A stretch of DNA of 63,987 nucleotides, filler included, from Rhabdomonas costata (Eukaryota), in the NCBI GenBank assembly GCA_019059605.1. It is 56 parts of 56 records of this genome, joined end to end, with 100 filler letters (N's around TTAATTAATTAA, not from the genome) between each part and the next. Parts side by side here need not be neighbours in the genome. Positions count along the whole stretch, not along the records: positions 61,799 to 62,843 come from JAHMHO010031679.1; positions 62,944 to 63,987 come from JAHMHO010031680.1; 54 more parts are not named here. The stretch is one strand, 5' to 3'. How positions within the stretch are numbered: position 1 is the stretch's first letter; every line of letters starts with the position of its first letter. This document shows positions 61,799-63,987 of the stretch, piece after piece. The position numbers and the translations under genes are program-made. The notes beneath the pieces are model-generated. The model searched no databases, was not told the DNA's origin, and worked only from the letters and a program-made list of their open reading frames with translations.

Positions 61799-62843
61799 GC
61801 TTCAGTTGGGTGTCGGAGTGTCCAAGGCGGCGGAGATAATCAGTCACGCTGTTCAGGCATGGGCGGAGTGCGCGAAGGACGATGAGTCGCTCATACTCGT
61901 TGATTTCGCCAACGCTTACAATTCGCTTGACCGTCAGAAAATGCTCGAGGCGGTTGCTGCGGAAGCTCCCTCCTTCCTCCCGTACGCAAACTTCTGCTAC
62001 GGGGCGGCAACCCCCCTCAGGGGCCGAGGCTTTCTCTTGTGGTCCGAGGAGGGGACACAGCAGGGGGACTGCTGCGGTCCGATCTTCTTCTCTGTGGCCC
62101 TTCAGCAGCTTCTGCGCAGGTGCTGCCCTGCCTCTGGAGAGGCATGGAGCCGGTGGTTTCTCGATGACGGTTCCCTCTGTGGAAAGACGGTGGCGGTGGA
62201 GCGGATGTTCGCGGCCCTTGTGCAGCAGTCCCCAGGGTTGGGGCTCAAAGTGAATGTGGAGAAGTGCAAGCAGTGGGGCCCCGTCTCCTCCCAGTCAGCT
62301 CTCGCACCCTATGTACCATGGAGCACCGGCGTGAAGGTCCTGGGAGTCCCTATCGGGTCGACGGGGTTTGTGCAGGAGTACTCCCGGAAAGTATTGGCTA
62401 AGCTGCAGACCTGTCTGGAGCGACTCAGGCTGCTGGGATGCTCATTTTCAGCCTTCCACATCCTCCGCAGCTGCTTGTCGGCGTGCAAGGTGGTCTTTCT
62501 ACTGAGGACGCTGCCTTTTAACTTGGCACTGGAGTTGGCCACAGAGGCTCAGGGGAGAATGCGCTCCGCGTTTAGTGACATACTTGATGCCCCAATAAAC
62601 GAGACACAGTGGTCGCTTGCTCGGCTTCCCGTTAGCAAGGGTGGGTTGGGGATCTTGGACCCTGTTAACGCCGCCGCCCCGGCTCATGTGGCAGCGTTCC
62701 TCTCCAGCTCGGCTGCGGCCTCCTCCAGTCACCTGCCCGCCTGCAAAGTCCCGCAGTCCTTCTTCACCGCCTTGGCGGAGCTCGCAAAGGTCTGCCCTGC
62801 TCATGTAAGTGCCCTTCGTACTCTTGTACGGGTGGGGCAACCG
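61799..62843 (+). mobile_element. Non-LTR retrotransposon reverse transcriptase, CRE clade (CRE/SLACS/CZAR/Cnl1-like), uninterrupted
   Basis: QLGVGV..AAE...HAV, VDFANAYNSLDR, GTQQGDCCGPIFF, WFLDDG, GLKVNVEKC, KVLGVPIG and LPVSKGGLGI. Open across the whole contig. Confidence 0.93.
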
Positions 62844-63225
62844 NNNNNNNNNNNNNNNNNNNNNNNNNNNNNNNNNNNNNNNNNNNNTTAATTAATTAAN
62901 NNNNNNNNNNNNNNNNNNNNNNNNNNNNNNNNNNNNNNNNNNNGTGGTGGGTGGACAGCACCCTTCGAGCACATAAAAGGTAGAAAGAAGGTTGTTCTTT
63001 GCAGCCCATCACTCAAGGAGCTCAAGAACGGAGCGGCTTTCCGCAGCAGCAGCGGCGAATGCCACTGATGCGATGCTGCACAGGACGAAAAGAGGTGCAC
63101 ACAACCAACTAACGCCATTTACGTAAGAGGAAGAGAAATAAGAAGAAAAGGAGGAAGAGCAAAGCATCAGAAGGAAGAAGAGATGGAGACCCATTTGTTT
63201 TCATGTGTGCGTGTGTTACCCGTGC

Positions 63226-63414
63226 CTACGCCGACCGGGACGAGGGGAGGGATGCAGCGATGGCAGTGGGGGTCCGCGTGGTTTTGGTCTTGGCCAGGCG
63301 GTGCGCCGGCTTCACCGCGGGAGGGCACTCCGGAGGGCCCCAGAAAACCTGCTCCACAGGGGTGGCCGGTCTGTCGGAGGCCAGCCCAGGCTGCCGTGAC
63401 ATCATCTGTGCAAG
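63226..63414 (-). CDS. Probable terminal exon, unknown protein
   Basis: TTCAG acceptor, GC-rich frame LAQMMSRQPGLASDRPATPVEQVFWGPPEC...RSA*. Confidence 0.35.
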   Translation of the reverse strand, partial: LAQMMSRQPGLASDRPATPVEQVFWGPPECPPAVKPAHRLAKTKTTRTPTAIAASLPSSRSA

Positions 63415-63987
63415 CTGAATCGGCATTGTCGCTTAGAATGATGACAGCGCACAGCAAAGACCACACCGGAGCGAGGGAAGGCGAAGATTGGGGAGAGGTG
63501 AGGGGAATTCGATTATTGAGGGGGGAAAGAGACGACGCAAATGCAAAAAGCAACAAGCAACAATCTTCAAAAGCTTAGTGAAGGGCGCCAAAAGAGAGAG
63601 GTCCAGATTTTTGTTTCTTTTTCCGCTGCTTGACGGCATCACGTGAAGGCTTCAACGGGCTCGCAAAGGGTAATACACCCTTCGGTACCCCATGGAAACA
63701 ATCTTGCCGACCGCTTGGACATGCGCTCACCTGACTGCCTATGATAATGCAAGGCAAGGATGCCCTTCAGATTCCATTGAATAATGGTTTAACAGCGTTC
63801 GCCGCAAGTTTGTGGCATATGTCGAATTGCTTACCGGAGTGGGCGCGACGTCAAAATCTCTCTTTGTTCTTTTAAAGAAGCAAATACTTCCAGTCCGTAA
63901 TAAGAGGGGCATGGAGTGAGGCAATACATCATGCATGATGTTGAATTGCAACGAACCAAAACTCGTTTCCTCCCTCTAAAACCCACA

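Noticed and set aside
1046-62943. Regularly spaced TTAATTAATTAA repeat with ~1 kb 'spacers' (array/CRISPR-like), and ORFs ending in XXX-LIN
   Set aside because: It is an artificial linker embedded in N runs, not biological sequence.

Overview
This is not a contiguous locus. It is 56 unrelated contigs of about 1,040-1,048 bp joined by 55 copies of an artificial 100-bp spacer (44 N + TTAATTAATTAA + 44 N), so adjacency across spacers means nothing. The DNA is eukaryotic and intron-rich: short GC3-rich exons, GT-AG introns, and many (GT/CA)n tracts. A euglenozoan, probably euglenid, source is my inference from CRE-clade retroelements, class III cyclase and histidine-kinase exons, and GT-repeat introns; nothing here proves it. 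Most contigs start with G/T-only bases and end with C/A-only bases, and seven carry terminal fold-back repeats, which points to K-primer whole-genome amplification. Recognisable exons include RPN7, an ECH1-like crotonase, an ABCC transporter, an Amt transporter, an SPX protein, a TBC RabGAP, a SNF2 ATPase, a DGAT2-like acyltransferase, a PIG-L/LmbE deacetylase, a HisKA kinase, an adenylate cyclase, a Sel1-repeat protein, a FEN1/XPG nuclease, a C2 domain, a PARP-like ADP-ribosyltransferase, an O-FucT-like glycosyltransferase and a possible midasin. Mobile DNA includes an open CRE-clade RT, three fragments of a divergent Naiad/Chlamys-type Penelope-like element (two back-to-back around a GT microsatellite), a tRNA-Gly-derived SINE head, and several decayed LINE/DIRS pieces. 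The best candidates for something undescribed are (i) the Penelope-like family with a DDRA variant of the DKG motif, (ii) a constant-block/variable-cassette contig at 20604-21648 with strong GT skew and similarly skewed contigs, reminiscent of euglenozoan minicircle-like DNA, and (iii) a dense hairpin/pseudoknot cluster at 190-385. All homology calls come from motif recognition, not from database searches.
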